From: a virus
Lineage: Duplodnaviria; Caudoviricetes
DNA length: 25,009 nt
Direction: 5' to 3' (one strand)
Virus record (IMG/VR): IMGVR_UViG_3300006641_000168
Span: 1 to 25,009 of that record
The notes under the pieces: model-generated
What the model was told of the DNA's origin: nothing
The model's database searches: none
Seen by the model: only the letters and a program-made list of their open reading frames with translations
Made by a program: the position numbers and the translations under genes
Part shown: piece after piece, positions 23,336-25,009 of the stretch
Layout: every line of letters begins with the position of its first letter
How positions within the stretch are numbered: the first letter of the stretch is position 1

Positions 23336-23779
23336 ATGGACTTTTTTGATAAGGCCTTTAATTTTGTTTCTAATCCGGCCACTGCATACGCCTTTCTCTT
23401 CGGACTTTTGGGTGGCGGAGCGGGCGGATTTACAATTCAAATGTTTCTTCACAAGCGAATTGTTCAGATCCTCGAACGGGAATCGGAGCGCCTTAAGATA
23501 GACGCCCAAAATGCAGTGAATGAGCGAGATGGAATGAAACAGAAGCTCGAGCAACGCGAGCATCAATGGGAATACGAGAAATCCGATTATCAAACCCAGA
23601 TAAAAGCTCTGTCTCTGAAGATCCGAACCGCCTGGTGCACCATTTGTGGAAGCGACGTGCAACGCGACGGACGGCACGGAGTTCACATAAAACTCAAGTG
23701 CCTCGGACAAAGCTGTGGCGAGTCCATCCACTGGACCGAAGATGATCTGAAGGCTCTCGCACTCGGCCGACGAAAGTGA
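23336..23779 (+). CDS. Membrane-anchored coiled-coil protein with a C-terminal zinc ribbon
   Basis: SD AAGGAG; TM segment AYAFLFGLLGGGAGGFTI; heptads; CTIC...CLGQSC; opposite orientation to its neighbours. Confidence 0.7.
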   Translation: MDFFDKAFNFVSNPATAYAFLFGLLGGGAGGFTIQMFLHKRIVQILERESERLKIDAQNAVNERDGMKQKLEQREHQWEYEKSDYQTQIKALSLKIRTAWCTICGSDVQRDGRHGVHIKLKCLGQSCGESIHWTEDDLKALALGRRK

Positions 23780-23784
23780 GAACA

Positions 23785-23970
23785 TCACTTCACTCCCCGC
23801 TTGATTTCGTCCGAAACGGCGATCAACCAGGCACAGGCATTCCCAATTGCTGACGGAATGAAGAACGAAAGAAAGGCGTACGCGGGCCGCCCCGTGATAA
23901 AGAAAATGGCAACGCTGATTCCAAGCCACCCGAAGAAGCAGTTCCAGTTGTGATATTCTCTAGCCGTCAT
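23785..23970 (-). CDS. Small membrane protein
   Basis: 61 aa with two hydrophobic segments; SD GAAGG. Confidence 0.55.
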   Translation of the reverse strand: MTAREYHNWNCFFGWLGISVAIFFITGRPAYAFLSFFIPSAIGNACAWLIAVSDEIKRGVK

Positions 23971-24092
23971 CGTTACCTTCCTTCAATCGCGCCTATAAAA
24001 AGGCGCACCAATCCATTTTGCCTAGCGTGGGCGATCAATCTAATTTAGTTGTTGCGGAACAACTAAGCCCTCTTCCTAAGGGCTCGAACAAA

Positions 24093-24323
24093 TCACGAAG
24101 CTTCTTCGCCCGCGCGAACGGGCGGAAACAAACGCGCTTCAGAGACTTTGAGCACCGAACAGAGTCGGTCACGCGTTCGCTGTCGCTTCGGAACATACCC
24201 AAGCCGAGCTTTCGAAATCGTGCTGGATGAAACTCCACTGGCTCTGGCGAGTTCCAGGAGTCCATCAGGCCCATTCTTATCGATCCAGCGGTCGATCAAA
24301 GTACGCTCTACTCGTCTATTCAT
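24093..24323 (-). CDS. Cro-like HTH regulator
   Basis: LLELARASGVSSSTISKAR...RLCSVLKVSEARLFP; divergent from the cI-like gene. Confidence 0.8.
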   Translation of the reverse strand: MNRRVERTLIDRWIDKNGPDGLLELARASGVSSSTISKARLGYVPKRQRTRDRLCSVLKVSEARLFPPVRAGEEAS

Positions 24324-24409
24324 ACGTCCAATATACCCTCACCTGTTCGTATTTTGCAATCAAAATACGTTCGTATGAAGGCGTACGCATTGTTCGTATG
24401 ATTTAACTA
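24324..24409. promoter_or_regulatory. Divergent promoter/operator region of the lysis-lysogeny switch
   Basis: GTTCGTAT at 24345, 24369 and 24392; inverted repeat CGTATTTTG-CAAT-CAAAATACG (24348-24369); minus-strand TTGCAA-N18-TATATT; plus-strand TATGAT at 24397. Confidence 0.7.
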
Positions 24410-24886
24410 TTGGGAAACATTAGAGATCTGTTTAAGAGAAATCTCGCAAGACTCCGTGAGCCAAAATTCACGCAACGGGAGCTTGCGCCAGAAATCGAGA
24501 TGGATCCCCGCGGTTATCAAAAATATGAATCCGGTGAAGTTTGGCCTCCGCCTGAGCGTATTGATTTGATTGCAAAGAAGCTCGAGATCGAACCTTGGGA
24601 GCTCTTTGCAGACCCAGATAGCGAGCAAAACCCTGCGAAAGTGATTTCTTCCCTAAAGACGAAAGCGACTGAGCAAGCAATTGCGCTCGGCGAACTGGCA
24701 CTCGAGATAAGGCGTCTGCGGCTAGAGGTAGAGAATCTAAGGAATCAGATGCCAAGCCCCATTCAACAGGCACTACTCATCGAGATCAATAACCGGAAGT
24801 TCAGCGTTGAGCGCGCTTTGCGTTTCGTCCGTGGCGAGATTCGGAGTCTTGACGAGAGTAAGAAGCCGGGCGGGTCGTTCACCTGA
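24410..24886 (+). CDS. CI-like XRE-family repressor with a coiled-coil C-terminus
   Basis: NLARLR...TQRELA...YQKYESG...IAKKLEIEPWELF is an XRE HTH; no S24 peptidase domain evident; TTG start. Confidence 0.85.
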   Translation: MGNIRDLFKRNLARLREPKFTQRELAPEIEMDPRGYQKYESGEVWPPPERIDLIAKKLEIEPWELFADPDSEQNPAKVISSLKTKATEQAIALGELALEIRRLRLEVENLRNQMPSPIQQALLIEINNRKFSVERALRFVRGEIRSLDESKKPGGSFT

Positions 24887-24970
24887 TCTGAGTTGATCAA
24901 GCCTTTCGATGAGTTGGTAGAGTTCAATTGCGATTCTCTCAAGCACACTAACTATCTCGTCGTGGTCCAT
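24773..24970 (-). CDS. Small helical protein overlapping the repressor 3' end (antisense)
   Basis: MDHDEIVSVLERIAIELYQLIERLDQLR behind AAAGGA; 114-bp convergent overlap. Confidence 0.4.
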   Translation of the reverse strand: MDHDEIVSVLERIAIELYQLIERLDQLRSGERPARLLTLVKTPNLATDETQSALNAELPVIDLDE

Positions 24971-25009
24971 GGTTCCTTTTCGCCACGGACGTCCCAATTC
25001 TTAACGTCT

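Larger units (their letters stand above)
1..25009. mobile_element. Temperate tailed bacteriophage genome segment, apparently the unintegrated (attP-intact) form
   Basis: Capsid, protease, portal, terminase, replication, integrase and cI/cro genes are tightly packed with ATGA/GTGA overlaps. No host housekeeping genes. Phage genes lie on both sides of the tRNA-fragment att site. Confidence 0.95.

Noticed and set aside
23252-23929. 225-aa minus-strand ORF
   Set aside because: Antisense to the better-supported 23336-23779 gene (SD, coherent domain pattern) and overlaps 23785-23970; no recognisable motifs.

Overview
The whole window is part of a temperate tailed phage (Caudoviricetes) genome, almost entirely encoded on the minus strand. 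From right to left: a cI/cro-like immunity switch (24.1-24.9 kb); an early operon with a PD-(D/E)xK exonuclease, SSB, SPFH lipoprotein, a ~300-nt structured non-coding region, an excisionase-like gene and a tyrosine integrase; an intact attP-like site, the 3' half of tRNA-Arg(CCT) at 17890-17934; a replication initiator with internal iterons and a DnaB-like helicase; many small HTH, nuclease and hypothetical genes; a 4.7-kb polysaccharide cassette; then terS, terL, a portal-MuF fusion, protease/scaffold, decoration protein and the start of the major capsid protein. The cassette encodes a predicted outer-membrane beta-strand protein, a stand-alone Fis-type HTH, a cellulose-synthase-like GT2, a TviC/WbpP-like epimerase and a convergent TviB/WbpO-like dehydrogenase. 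Best leads: (1) the phage-encoded polysaccharide cassette; (2) attP lying between int and the replication genes inside one co-directional gene run; (3) a thrice-repeated AATTATAATTTC motif upstream of late genes and the cassette; (4) tandem structured, partly tRNA-like RNAs at 19516-19820. All product calls come from motif recognition by eye; no database searches were run.
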